Positions 30,776 to 40,542 of a stretch of DNA of 56,932 nt are shown in pieces. Position 1 is the first letter of the stretch. Each line of letters starts with the position of its first letter. The stretch covers positions 1 through 56,932 of the IMG/VR virus record IMGVR_UViG_3300040781_000267. One strand, written 5' to 3'. A program made the translations under genes and the position numbers. The notes under the pieces are model-generated. The model worked only from the letters and a program-made list of their open reading frames with translations, was not told the DNA's origin and searched no databases. Origin of the DNA: a virus. Its lineage: Duplodnaviria; Caudoviricetes.

Positions 30776-31141
30776 CTACTTACCAACCCACTTTGCTTGC
30801 TCTTCGGAACCTATGTATTGATAAGCACCTTTATTGTATGCAGGTGCAATACACTTCTTCTTCCTTTGTACTTCTTCCTGGGCAATACGTTCACGTTCAG
30901 CCATTTCGCCCTCGTATCGCTTTTGCTCGGCTGACTTAGGTTTTGGATCTATAGTTGCACCAGAACAGATATTGAGGCCGACGTTTCGATCGGGAACTGA
31001 ATAGGAGGGAAATTTATTCACGGGAGGTATACTTTCGCGTGTCTTTTTACCTTGTCGTTCTGCAAGGCGTCGAGCGCGAATACGATCGCGCTCTTTTTTA
31101 GAGCGGGGGCGATACGAACCGTCCATCTGAACATATGCCAT
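30776..31141 (-). CDS. Phage hypothetical protein (basic)
   Basis: C-terminal IAPAYNKGAYQYI. Confidence 0.7.
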   Translation of the reverse strand: MAYVQMDGSYRPRSKKERDRIRARRLAERQGKKTRESIPPVNKFPSYSVPDRNVGLNICSGATIDPKPKSAEQKRYEGEMAERERIAQEEVQRKKKCIAPAYNKGAYQYIGSEEQAKWVGK

Positions 31142-31142
31142 G

Positions 31143-31592
31143 TTATGCTCTCGCTAACAGATACTCGGTAACGGACTCCCAGTCTGGAAATTTCTCAGTA
31201 CCAAAGTGTATGTGCTCGCCGACAAATTCGCTTGCGCCATTCTTTGTTCGATCATCGACAAGAAAGTGACCACAGTTAAGATTTTTGTGGTGGGTAAGAA
31301 TAAGACGCTTGTATGCTTTGTCTCCGAGGAAGAATTTTACCCACTGCAATTTAGCAACTAGAGCATATTCATTTTCCCAGGGCGATGTAGAAAGTATATA
31401 AGTATCGAACTTGTCTGCAAGTGCGTCGAATGCACGGATTGCGCCGGGCATCGGGTGCATTAAAGAAAATATGCCGGGTATCTCGTCGTATCGACCTTCG
31501 TACTTTTCTAGTACATGTTGGTCACACTGTGCAATTCCAGAGTCGAAATCTACCAGTACATTGTCCATGTCAAGATAAAGTATCTTCTTCAT
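31143..31592 (-). CDS. 5'(3')-deoxyribonucleotidase (HAD, NT5C type)
   Basis: LYLDMDNVLVDF, ILSTSPW, LILTHHK and LVDDR. Confidence 0.9.
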   Translation of the reverse strand: MKKILYLDMDNVLVDFDSGIAQCDQHVLEKYEGRYDEIPGIFSLMHPMPGAIRAFDALADKFDTYILSTSPWENEYALVAKLQWVKFFLGDKAYKRLILTHHKNLNCGHFLVDDRTKNGASEFVGEHIHFGTEKFPDWESVTEYLLARA

Positions 31593-31855
31593 GCTATTCT
31601 CCTCATTACTTCAAACGCCTGTTGGTAAGGGCCGTTATCTCGGTCCGGAAAGTTGTGCAGATCGAGTAGCGTCTGGCCGACCCAGGCGGGCAACAGTTTT
31701 GAAATAGGCGTCCAACGCAAGCAGGTATAATCTCCTTCCAGTTTAGAATCGCCCCAGCCGAGATCAGACACGAAATACAGAGGTCGTCCTAAATCGTCGT
31801 GGCGAAGTTCTTCAGTCTCATCTAAAAATCGGAACACACCTTTTTTGAAATTCAT
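31589..31855 (-). CDS. Hypothetical protein
   Basis: ATGA overlap with the next gene; promoter upstream. Confidence 0.6.
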   Translation of the reverse strand: MNFKKGVFRFLDETEELRHDDLGRPLYFVSDLGWGDSKLEGDYTCLRWTPISKLLPAWVGQTLLDLHNFPDRDNGPYQQAFEVMRRIA

Positions 31856-31882
31856 AACACTGCCTTGCTACAATTTGTGACA

Positions 31883-31911
31883 ATTATAGCAAAACATCAC
31901 GTAGGTGTCAA
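31883..31911 (-). promoter_or_regulatory. Consensus sigma70 promoter
   Basis: TTGACA-17 nt-TATAAT. Confidence 0.85.
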
Positions 31912-32153
31912 GCTTGAGATTTAGATATCATAATCGCAGCAATCTCTTCGGGAGTAAGATATCCTGCTTCGCGCTTTCGGGTTTCGTTTTTGAGGGATTT
32001 TAATTCTTTACGGATCCAGCCGGGGGTATCAGGAAGATTATCAATCTCCTCTTCACTTAAATTTTCGAGATTGTCGATAGCACGTTGCACTCTGGGTTTC
32101 TTTTGTGCAACTGCCATCATGTGTTTACGGTTTCCTCTCCCGTATTCACTCAT
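31908..32153 (-). CDS. Hypothetical protein
   Basis: Last gene of the fibre operon. Confidence 0.6.
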   Translation of the reverse strand: MSEYGRGNRKHMMAVAQKKPRVQRAIDNLENLSEEEIDNLPDTPGWIRKELKSLKNETRKREAGYLTPEEIAAIMISKSQA

Positions 32154-32751
32154 CGTACATTACGTCTCCGGCTACAACAACGACTGCATTATCTTTTATC
32201 AATACATCACTTGAATAAATTTTCAAATTAGTTGCAGATCTAAGTTCCGCGATATCGTTCATAACCAACTGACTTAGGCCGCCGGCATTTAATGTTAGGT
32301 CGCATACTGCCGATCCTTCCATGTAAAGCCGTGGATAGGGAAAGGTGCCATTAGGTGTATGTAGGAAATCTACATTAGCTAACGTAGTAAATTTAGCGTT
32401 ACCGTAAAGAAGAATCCTTACATCTTGCACATCGACATATTGCAACGTAACACTTCCAGTTTCCCACAATAGCTCGCCGCCTTTGCCGTCTATTAGCACA
32501 GGGTGGTCGACACCGTCGCCCAATATGACTAACTCGGGCGACGACTGTTCGTACCATTGTATGCTTTTGCCACCTATGTCCCAGGTTTGGTCTGGTGCAT
32601 AAATGATAACCTTAGACACAAGAGAGTCTTTCGCTACCCTAACTGCAAGATCCACAGTGTCGTAGTCGCCAGGCACAGTAAGTATGGCGGTTTCGGCTGC
32701 TGCATGTGAAATCATGCAACACATTACCAATAAAGCCGCCAATATCTTCAT
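32146..32751 (-). CDS. Signal-peptide-bearing paralog of the adjacent fibre tip domain
   Basis: VPGDYDTVDLAV...IQWY...FPYPRLYM aligns with LPADYATVELAL...IQWW...FTYPEVYL of 32751..35582. Confidence 0.7.
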   Translation of the reverse strand: MKILAALLVMCCMISHAAAETAILTVPGDYDTVDLAVRVAKDSLVSKVIIYAPDQTWDIGGKSIQWYEQSSPELVILGDGVDHPVLIDGKGGELLWETGSVTLQYVDVQDVRILLYGNAKFTTLANVDFLHTPNGTFPYPRLYMEGSAVCDLTLNAGGLSQLVMNDIAELRSATNLKIYSSDVLIKDNAVVVVAGDVMYDE

Positions 32752-35582
32752 TACGAGTAAACCGTAGGCGACTTAGCTGTAGCTGCAGGCGATGATGCTG
32801 TTGCGCTGCCGGGCGTGATTGTTCCAACTGTTGCAGTTGCAATCTCAGTTACAGTTAATATTGTGCCGCCAGTTTGACCGCCTGCTGTTATCCCAGAACA
32901 CTGCAACGAACTTTGGTCGCCGCACGTAATAACATTGCCCGATGTGTTGGTTGTTGATGTTATACCGATTGATCCTGATATTATAGCCCTGGATGCGTCG
33001 GACATAGACATAACCGTTCCGGCCTGGTCGACTGTGTCTAGATCAAAATTATCAGATGCAATTAGTGTTGCAGCACCAGTCAGTGTAACTTGAGAAAATC
33101 TACCCGACATATTGGTTATTATCATCTTCGCAGAATTATTTAGATATACCTCTGGATATGTAAAGTTAGCTCCGCCGCTTAATAGTGTTACGTTGTACAT
33201 AACACACTCACATGCATTATCTACCGCAAGAGATATGTTACGAAGACTTATACTGTTAAATAATATTTTCGAGTTGGCATTATAAAACCAAATATTTTGT
33301 ACGGTGCTATCCCCGATAAGTGTGCCGCCTACGAACTCTAAATCAGGCCAGTCATCGTCCCACCACTGAATATCGGATGCTAATGTTTGAGTTCCTGTAA
33401 TCTGTAAAATTACTTTCTGTGCGCCGGATGTTTTTGCGGCGGCCAGTGCCAATTCTACAGTAGCGTAATCTGCAGGTAAAGCATAGGTGATAATTCCCGT
33501 GCCTGCTCCACCACCACCGCCAGTTTGTGTTGACGTCAATGTAACACTATCGTAAATCGCCGATCCGTCTGCTTGTAGCTGTCCGAGTGGGAAAGGTGCA
33601 ATGGCTGTAGCATTACCCTGTGTTATAGTTCCGCTTACTTGTATCTGTCCTCCTAAATATGCATCAAACATCGACGGTGCTGTAGCTCCTCCTGAGGATG
33701 TTACATCGCCGTCGATAGATAAGGTGCTACCTACAAACGATACAACAGGTGGTAATGTCGTCGTTCTATTAGTTAAATCTAGAACCAAATTGCCGATGAT
33801 GGTCATCTTGGTGTTGTTAATTGTTTCTATGACTCTAGTATCGTTGGCGGCACTCATAGTTATAGTGTTGAAGGCTACAAAATCACCGCCTTCGAGGCCT
33901 ATGCTCTGGAACGTAGTTGGTTGCTGTACACGCACATATCCGTTATGAAATGCTGACCAATACCGGCACTCGCTTAGATCTAAGTCGCCGGTGTCCCATG
34001 CTAACAACATATCGCTGCCGGAGTTCTGGATAACACCGACAAACTTAAACCCATCTAGGCGAACATTAACACAGCTATTAAATACAAAATAATCGGCGGT
34101 TACTGTAGTTGTAGTCGAATCTGGGCCTTTGATCGACAAATATACATTCAAGTTGCTTACACGCAATTGGGTACCACCGGTGTGCGTTCCTGCTTGTAAC
34201 TCTAGCGTTACAATAGGCGGGCGGAGCCCGTTGGCAGATGGGCTAAGACCGGTACCTAAGTTGCGATTTATTACGTATGCCAATGCATCGGCAAGCGAAT
34301 CAAAATCGTATGTTCCTGGTGTACCACCATCGGGACCGACAGTATATGTCACATCAGCAGTAAATGGTTCGAGATATATCCCTGCATAATCGCCCGCTTC
34401 TGCAACAACTACACCTGTACGACCGAACACGGAATCAACTGCCCCGGCGCCACCAGCTGCGGCCCATGTGCCGTCGTCTTTCAGGAAGAGACCAGTAGAG
34501 GTGCCTGGATCGGGCACATTAGCAGAAGTGCCAGCGCCTGCGAATACTGCTGTTGTATTAGTCGCAGTTGTTCCGTCGTAGATTCCAGTACCATCCGGTT
34601 GTAATTCACCGATCGGAATGTTTGCTAAAGAATCGTAAGAAGAGGTGTCTACTATGCCGCCTTTTGCATTAACAACGGAGCCGGAGTCGAGCCTAAAACC
34701 TGTGCTTCCGGCAACACCGCCCGATATTACCACACTGCCGTCTATATTCATTCTGCACCCTGCTTTCAGATTGATACCAGCGGATCCGTTTGTGGTCGTC
34801 GCACGACCTACTAATGTAAGGCCCGGGCCGGGGGTTTGGGTGACCCACTGATCAAAGGTTGCGCTGAATGACATTACGATATAATCTGTAACAGTTAACT
34901 GGTTAAATCCGGTCCACTGCCCGCCGTAGCTTAATCCAATCGATTCTACTGTAATCGATTCTTGTGCTCTAATAATACCTTCATATGCCCACATACTCGC
35001 CTCTGGTGCAGCAACATCGAAAGTGTCCCAGCCGAGTATAACCGACGACCCGTTCATCGAGTATAAAAATCCCGCAATAGTAACATCCTCAAATCGAACA
35101 TTATAACAACCACTAACATTAAAAAAAGAAGGTATTGCTTTAGAACCAATTGTACAATTAGCCGAGCCGCTTCCCCTAATAGAAACTTGTGCTGTGACGC
35201 CTTCGAGGCGCCAGTATCCGTTTGGTGCGCCAGGTAGATGTACTCCGTCGTCTAACTGTAGGGTATATCGTGGTATGCGAGTGTCTGCATATGTCGACGA
35301 GGCATTGCCAGCGCCAATCGGATTAGAATTTATATAAATAATTGCGTCATCTAATGTTGCAAAATCGTTCCCCGGAGTAGAACCTACAGTATATGTAATA
35401 TTGTTAGTTAACCAAATTTCAGAACCGGCAGTAGGGTCAACAAACTCCAATCCGGATTCTGCGCCGTTTACTGCTACTACCTTACCAGCTTCCCCGGTGT
35501 AACTAGACGGGGTGTCGTTTAAGCCAGTAAAGGCTAGACCACCGCTTTTTGTGATTAATGTTCCTGATACTATAACTGTCAT
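32751..35582 (-). CDS. Tail fibre / spike with tandem beta-helix-like modules
   Basis: FTGLNDTP.SY.G motif, VDSVFGRTGVVVAEAGDY linker, repeated TYTVG...DF.TL.DA modules. Confidence 0.75.
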   Translation of the reverse strand: MTVIVSGTLITKSGGLAFTGLNDTPSSYTGEAGKVVAVNGAESGLEFVDPTAGSEIWLTNNITYTVGSTPGNDFATLDDAIIYINSNPIGAGNASSTYADTRIPRYTLQLDDGVHLPGAPNGYWRLEGVTAQVSIRGSGSANCTIGSKAIPSFFNVSGCYNVRFEDVTIAGFLYSMNGSSVILGWDTFDVAAPEASMWAYEGIIRAQESITVESIGLSYGGQWTGFNQLTVTDYIVMSFSATFDQWVTQTPGPGLTLVGRATTTNGSAGINLKAGCRMNIDGSVVISGGVAGSTGFRLDSGSVVNAKGGIVDTSSYDSLANIPIGELQPDGTGIYDGTTATNTTAVFAGAGTSANVPDPGTSTGLFLKDDGTWAAAGGAGAVDSVFGRTGVVVAEAGDYAGIYLEPFTADVTYTVGPDGGTPGTYDFDSLADALAYVINRNLGTGLSPSANGLRPPIVTLELQAGTHTGGTQLRVSNLNVYLSIKGPDSTTTTVTADYFVFNSCVNVRLDGFKFVGVIQNSGSDMLLAWDTGDLDLSECRYWSAFHNGYVRVQQPTTFQSIGLEGGDFVAFNTITMSAANDTRVIETINNTKMTIIGNLVLDLTNRTTTLPPVVSFVGSTLSIDGDVTSSGGATAPSMFDAYLGGQIQVSGTITQGNATAIAPFPLGQLQADGSAIYDSVTLTSTQTGGGGGAGTGIITYALPADYATVELALAAAKTSGAQKVILQITGTQTLASDIQWWDDDWPDLEFVGGTLIGDSTVQNIWFYNANSKILFNSISLRNISLAVDNACECVMYNVTLLSGGANFTYPEVYLNNSAKMIITNMSGRFSQVTLTGAATLIASDNFDLDTVDQAGTVMSMSDASRAIISGSIGITSTTNTSGNVITCGDQSSLQCSGITAGGQTGGTILTVTEIATATVGTITPGSATASSPAATAKSPTVYS

Positions 35583-35629
35583 TTTTTTCTCCCAAGGGAA
35601 TATTTATTTCTATTATTTATCTTATTTTG

Positions 35630-36817
35630 TTAAGGTGGCGGATTGCCCGATGTTGTTTCAAACTGAAATCTAAATATTACTTCTAAATTTGTGCCGTTTT
35701 CTCGATAACAGCCATACCACCAATTATCCGGGCCTGGCTTTATATAACTCCACGGTGCGCCGGATGCCGGAGTAGAGGGTAATGTAAGTTCTACATAACT
35801 TGCAGAAAAAGTGCTTCCGTCTGCATCAGTCGAATACCAAAGTCTAGCAGTCTGGTTTTGTGTCATACTTGCCGCCAGCCACATGTAAGACTTTCTGCCC
35901 AGTCGAGTAACTACGTTATAATTACCACTCAACGTAACAGGCGTAAATGTCGGTGAAGTTGGGTTTTTCCACTGCAACACGGCTCCGTTAGATACAACAA
36001 ACAATGAGGTGTCATTTTTATTAGACAAAAACATCTGCGTCGCGGCTATTGCAGGAGTGGTACTTGTAGTAAATGTTGTCATAGTTGGGTCGACGTAAAA
36101 AACTTTAATATCGGTCGCATTCTGCACCAAACAAAAATAACTACCGTCGTTCATTTTAGTCAAACCAACACCGTTTGATGCAATCTGTAATGGCAGCAGA
36201 TCCAAAAATACACCAGTGTAAATATTCTTTCTTTGCAAGCCAACAAAATTATTACTTGCGCTGTTGGGGTCATATACTTGTCTAGCTACTTGCACACAGT
36301 TGTCTCCCCCGTCTAAATCGAACGCACGTGGATCATATAAATTAGACGCGGTATTAATAGTCGGGGAAAGCGCATCGGGGTATGACGAACTCCATGCTGT
36401 ATCAAATGTATATCTTGCCGATGCTCTGTTCGGATCCCAATAGGTAAATAATTGCCACTTATTGCCGTCTCTAATAATCTTAGAAGGAGAATTATTTTTA
36501 ACCCCAACATTGACCATATTAGCCGGCGGATACGGGCCTTCATTTGTCCAGGTATCTCCACCATCCGAACTAATGTATGTATTAAAATCCGGACCATATG
36601 CATTGCCGGGTCCCCACTCGGGAAAAGCAATCACATTCTGTCCGTCAACTTCGAATATGGCACTCGGGTCCGGGTACCAACCGGGATTATTCCAGACGTT
36701 CGATCCTCTTAATATTTCCTCAGCGACAATTGGACCAGTCGGAAAATTAATTGTAAATCCCGGTTTTATTCTGACATTGTTCTCTAATGTCACTTTGCCT
36801 GTTAGTCTAACACTCAC
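35630..36817 (-). CDS. Putative virion beta-propeller (Asp-box) protein, paralog A
   Basis: Asp-box SSDGGDTW; paralog of the neighbouring gene. Confidence 0.65.
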   Translation of the reverse strand: MSVRLTGKVTLENNVRIKPGFTINFPTGPIVAEEILRGSNVWNNPGWYPDPSAIFEVDGQNVIAFPEWGPGNAYGPDFNTYISSDGGDTWTNEGPYPPANMVNVGVKNNSPSKIIRDGNKWQLFTYWDPNRASARYTFDTAWSSSYPDALSPTINTASNLYDPRAFDLDGGDNCVQVARQVYDPNSASNNFVGLQRKNIYTGVFLDLLPLQIASNGVGLTKMNDGSYFCLVQNATDIKVFYVDPTMTTFTTSTTPAIAATQMFLSNKNDTSLFVVSNGAVLQWKNPTSPTFTPVTLSGNYNVVTRLGRKSYMWLAASMTQNQTARLWYSTDADGSTFSASYVELTLPSTPASGAPWSYIKPGPDNWWYGCYRENGTNLEVIFRFQFETTSGNPPP

Positions 36818-36833
36818 ATTAACTCCTCAAATC

Positions 36834-38012
36834 TTATTCGGGTGGATTGCCCGATGTTGTTTCAAACTGAAATCTAAATAACACTATTTTGCTCGTCGAG
36901 TTTTCTTTATAAGATCCATACCACCAGTTATCGTGCCCTGGCTTTATATAACAATCGGCAGCGCCCGGGGAGGTCGACTGCGGAGTCGACGGTAAAACAA
37001 GATCTACGTATGTGCTAGAAAATGTGGTTCCTGCTGGATCTGTAGAATACCAAAGTCTCGCATTTACTGAACTTGTAAAACTACCAGCAAGCCACATATA
37101 AGACTTTTTAGCTAAACGTGTGCTATTAGTCAATAAATTTCCATTTAATGTTATTTCCGGATACGGGGCTGCTGTTTGTGGAGCAGTCCACTGATATACT
37201 CGTCCTCTGTATGACCCACCGGTTCCTATTACTAAGGCAGTGTCGTTTGTTGCCGGATAGCACAGAGACCCTGTTCTAGTATCTTGGCTCAGCAATGCTG
37301 TTGTCATGTTGTTATCGATGTAATACATCTTCGAGCCTACGAATGCAAGGTAATTGCCGTTTCCTAGTTTTTGTAAATTCGAACTATTAGTAATTGGCTC
37401 CACTACTAAAGAGTCCAATATAACGCCGGTGTTTATATCACGACGCATAATACCTACGTTGTTTCCGTTTACTAGTCGAGAAAAATGCACAAAGTTTCCG
37501 TTGCCGTCTAACTGAAACCCATAATAACCATAATTATATGTGGTGTCATTAGTAACCGGAAATCGCGGCCAGGGATAGTTATTCGACCATACTGTTGCCA
37601 TGGGGTCTGTGGTATATCTTGCACTTACTCTGTTATCGGCCCAGTATGCATACAATAACCACCCGCCATTATACCACACTGCCCTATTCGGGGCGGGCGG
37701 TTGATTTCTCGGGTATCCGGCACCAAGAGTCGGATAGTCTGCACCCTTTGTGAAGGTATCGCCATAGTCATCACTAACGAATGTTTCTATACGATTACTA
37801 GTCGGGTTGAGTCCAGCAAATGCAAGCATATAATTTTCGTGTATATTGAAGATAGACTCTGTGCTGCCTAGTCTGTTCGACGGACCGCCTGTATAGTTTG
37901 CTTTAAAAATTTCCTCAGCAACGATCGGGCTGGTCGGAAAATTAATTGTAAATCCTGGTTTTATTCTGACATTATTTTCTAATGTCACTTTGCCTGTTAG
38001 TCTAACACCCAT
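36834..38012 (-). CDS. Putative virion beta-propeller (Asp-box) protein, paralog B
   Basis: Asp-box SDDYGDTF; termini nearly identical to paralog A. Confidence 0.65.
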   Translation of the reverse strand: MGVRLTGKVTLENNVRIKPGFTINFPTSPIVAEEIFKANYTGGPSNRLGSTESIFNIHENYMLAFAGLNPTSNRIETFVSDDYGDTFTKGADYPTLGAGYPRNQPPAPNRAVWYNGGWLLYAYWADNRVSARYTTDPMATVWSNNYPWPRFPVTNDTTYNYGYYGFQLDGNGNFVHFSRLVNGNNVGIMRRDINTGVILDSLVVEPITNSSNLQKLGNGNYLAFVGSKMYYIDNNMTTALLSQDTRTGSLCYPATNDTALVIGTGGSYRGRVYQWTAPQTAAPYPEITLNGNLLTNSTRLAKKSYMWLAGSFTSSVNARLWYSTDPAGTTFSSTYVDLVLPSTPQSTSPGAADCYIKPGHDNWWYGSYKENSTSKIVLFRFQFETTSGNPPE

Positions 38013-38013
38013 A

Positions 38014-40515
38014 TTACTGTACCGTCCTTGATATCTCGTAAATAGCGGTGCCGTCGCTAACTAATGTCAACGCTGAATTTGCAGTAAATCCCTGAGACGT
38101 GGAGCCGGACAAGTTTATATTTCCGGTATTACTTACAGTAACCGCACTAGTAAACAATAAAGTAAACGGAACGCCCATAGGAACAGTTGCTATATTTATA
38201 TCATCGATTTGTGTTGTCCCGGTTATTCGAATTACACTTGCAAAATCAACAACACTGACTGTTGCTGCTGATGCTAGTATAGGGAAAGAGGGCAGGTTCG
38301 GCGAAGCATCTGATATACGAGTACAATCGGAGTATGTATTATTGCCGACTATCCAGCCATCGGTTTTTACAACAGCGGCATCGTTTGTCATTACTGCGGT
38401 GCCTATGTTTCTGAAAGAGTTGCCATTTACAGAAACAGTTCCTGCACTCGACTCACGTCTAATAGCGTAGTCCCAATCACTAAACATGCAGTTCGAAACA
38501 GTAACATCACCCGAAGTAACCGTTACGATTGCTCCGCTAGTTACGTGCCATGTTGCACATCCTTCAATTAACACAGGCAGTGTGTCAACTCCTGTTGCAG
38601 TAGTCGAGATTAAGTATGGATTCTGTTTAGAGAATGCGGTGCAACCCAATAGTCTAATTCTTTTTGCTGAGCCAGATACATAGAAACCTGTACCTGTTAC
38701 GTTTGTCGGGTCGTTTGCATCGGCGTCACTTTGACAATTTTGCAATGTTGCAGTTGATGTTCCGTTTAAGCTATAACCAATCTGATAGTGATAGCACAAA
38801 CAATCAACTAATTGTACCCAGTCGACATTGTCTACCATCTCAAACGCGATGCCGCTTCGATAGTTAATACCTGTTGTGGGGTTTCCTGCTGTTAGGAAAG
38901 GCCAGCCGTGACAATTTTCTACTAATGGTCGGTCGCCTGTTGTCTCTAATCTTATGCCAGATAGACAATCGAATTTGATGTCTCGTAACCAAACACGATT
39001 AGTTTTATCAGCGCCGACTGTATCTAGTGCCTGAGCAAATCCTAAAATGTTAACGTTGTGTACCTTCACATCATGCGATGCTTGGCCGAGGTTGGGTCCG
39101 TCTAAGTAAATTGCAGTTCCTGCAAAATCGCTTGTGTCGACAACCGGATATGCTAGATCATTATTGAGTAATGTAAATCCGTATAGTGATGCGTTCTCTC
39201 GAACAGTAATCTGCACACCGGTACCTAGGTAAAGTAATCCAGCCCAGGCAGGTTTTGTACCCGACAATCCAAAGTTTCTAACAATAGGGGCGCCGGCTTG
39301 TCTTACGAGCGATACATTTCTCTTAACATCAAGCGACGAATCTATAAACCATGTACCTTCGGTCGGTATAGATACCATGCCGCCGTTGGCACCAAGATAA
39401 TCAATTGCATTTTGAAACGCGGCGCTATCGTCTGTTACTCCGTCGCCGACTGCACCAAAATCAACTACACTGACTACGGTCGGCGCTTTATTTTCCCATG
39501 CTGCTGCTGTTGTGTTGTAAACTAATCTATCGGCGTTTGCAACAGACGTTATAACCACATCGCCTAATTGATCTAAGTCGTAGTCACCTTCCTCCGCAAC
39601 AACAATACCGGATCGTCCAAACACAGTAGTAACAGGAGCAGTGGTGGCTGTAACATACCCAACGTCATTTAATAAATCACCTACATTGTCGCCTGCTTGT
39701 AGTGCGCTGTCTGCTAACGTTCCTTGTGCTGCTGTTGCATATAAGTCATCTAATGTAACTACACCGGTCCTGCCGTCTACGCTGTCGACTGGTACAGATG
39801 CTGATGTAATATAGCCAGCATCGTTTACTAATTCGGAGATATCGTCGCCGGGCTGAAGTGCGCTGTCTGCTAAGGTACCCTGTGCTACTGTTGCATAATA
39901 TGCAGAATAGTCGCCGGGCAATGCAACAACATTACCGGCCCGGCCAAATACGCTCGATACTAGTGCAGCTGGAACTTCAGCAAGCGTAATATAGCCCGCA
40001 TCGTTTGTGAAAACTGATATATTATCGCCGAGTGCTGTATAATTTGCGTCATTAATTAAGGAGCTTACATTATCGTTTGGTTGTAGTGCGCTATCTGCTA
40101 GTATTCCTTGTGATTCAGATGCGTAAAATGCAGAATAGTCACTTTCCTCTGCAACGATAACACCCGTACGACCAAATACAGAATCAACTACACCAACTGT
40201 AGACGAAGGTACAAAGTTAGTCCCGTCCCATTCTAAAAATTGTCCAACGGTAGGTGGAGTAGTAGTGATATCTACATCGCTCATTTGTCCGATACTATAG
40301 TCGCCATCTTCTGCAACAACGACGCCGGCGCGGCCAAATACAGAATCAACGGCGCCGCCAGCTGCTGGCACAAATATTAATCCATCTTCAGTAGCGTTTA
40401 CTACTACTGCTTGGTTTGCTGCGCCAGTGTAATCTACCGGAGTATCCGTTAGACCCGTAAATGCAAGACCTACTCCGGTTCTTGTTACTGTTTGCCCTGT
40501 TACTATTAATGCCAT
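38014..40515 (-). CDS. Tailspike with pectin-lyase-like beta-helix (depolymerase candidate)
   Basis: VSVVDFGAVGDGVTDDSAAFQNAID; repeated V.SVFGR.G.VVA..GDY and AQG.LADSALQP linkers. Confidence 0.8.
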   Translation of the reverse strand: MALIVTGQTVTRTGVGLAFTGLTDTPVDYTGAANQAVVVNATEDGLIFVPAAGGAVDSVFGRAGVVVAEDGDYSIGQMSDVDITTTPPTVGQFLEWDGTNFVPSSTVGVVDSVFGRTGVIVAEESDYSAFYASESQGILADSALQPNDNVSSLINDANYTALGDNISVFTNDAGYITLAEVPAALVSSVFGRAGNVVALPGDYSAYYATVAQGTLADSALQPGDDISELVNDAGYITSASVPVDSVDGRTGVVTLDDLYATAAQGTLADSALQAGDNVGDLLNDVGYVTATTAPVTTVFGRSGIVVAEEGDYDLDQLGDVVITSVANADRLVYNTTAAAWENKAPTVVSVVDFGAVGDGVTDDSAAFQNAIDYLGANGGMVSIPTEGTWFIDSSLDVKRNVSLVRQAGAPIVRNFGLSGTKPAWAGLLYLGTGVQITVRENASLYGFTLLNNDLAYPVVDTSDFAGTAIYLDGPNLGQASHDVKVHNVNILGFAQALDTVGADKTNRVWLRDIKFDCLSGIRLETTGDRPLVENCHGWPFLTAGNPTTGINYRSGIAFEMVDNVDWVQLVDCLCYHYQIGYSLNGTSTATLQNCQSDADANDPTNVTGTGFYVSGSAKRIRLLGCTAFSKQNPYLISTTATGVDTLPVLIEGCATWHVTSGAIVTVTSGDVTVSNCMFSDWDYAIRRESSAGTVSVNGNSFRNIGTAVMTNDAAVVKTDGWIVGNNTYSDCTRISDASPNLPSFPILASAATVSVVDFASVIRITGTTQIDDINIATVPMGVPFTLLFTSAVTVSNTGNINLSGSTSQGFTANSALTLVSDGTAIYEISRTVQ

Positions 40516-40542
40516 GTTTGCCCCTAATTATAATACTATTTC

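Noticed and set aside
35630-38012. Diversity-generating retroelement template and variable repeats
   Set aside because: No reverse transcriptase in the window, and the divergence is general rather than adenine-specific.
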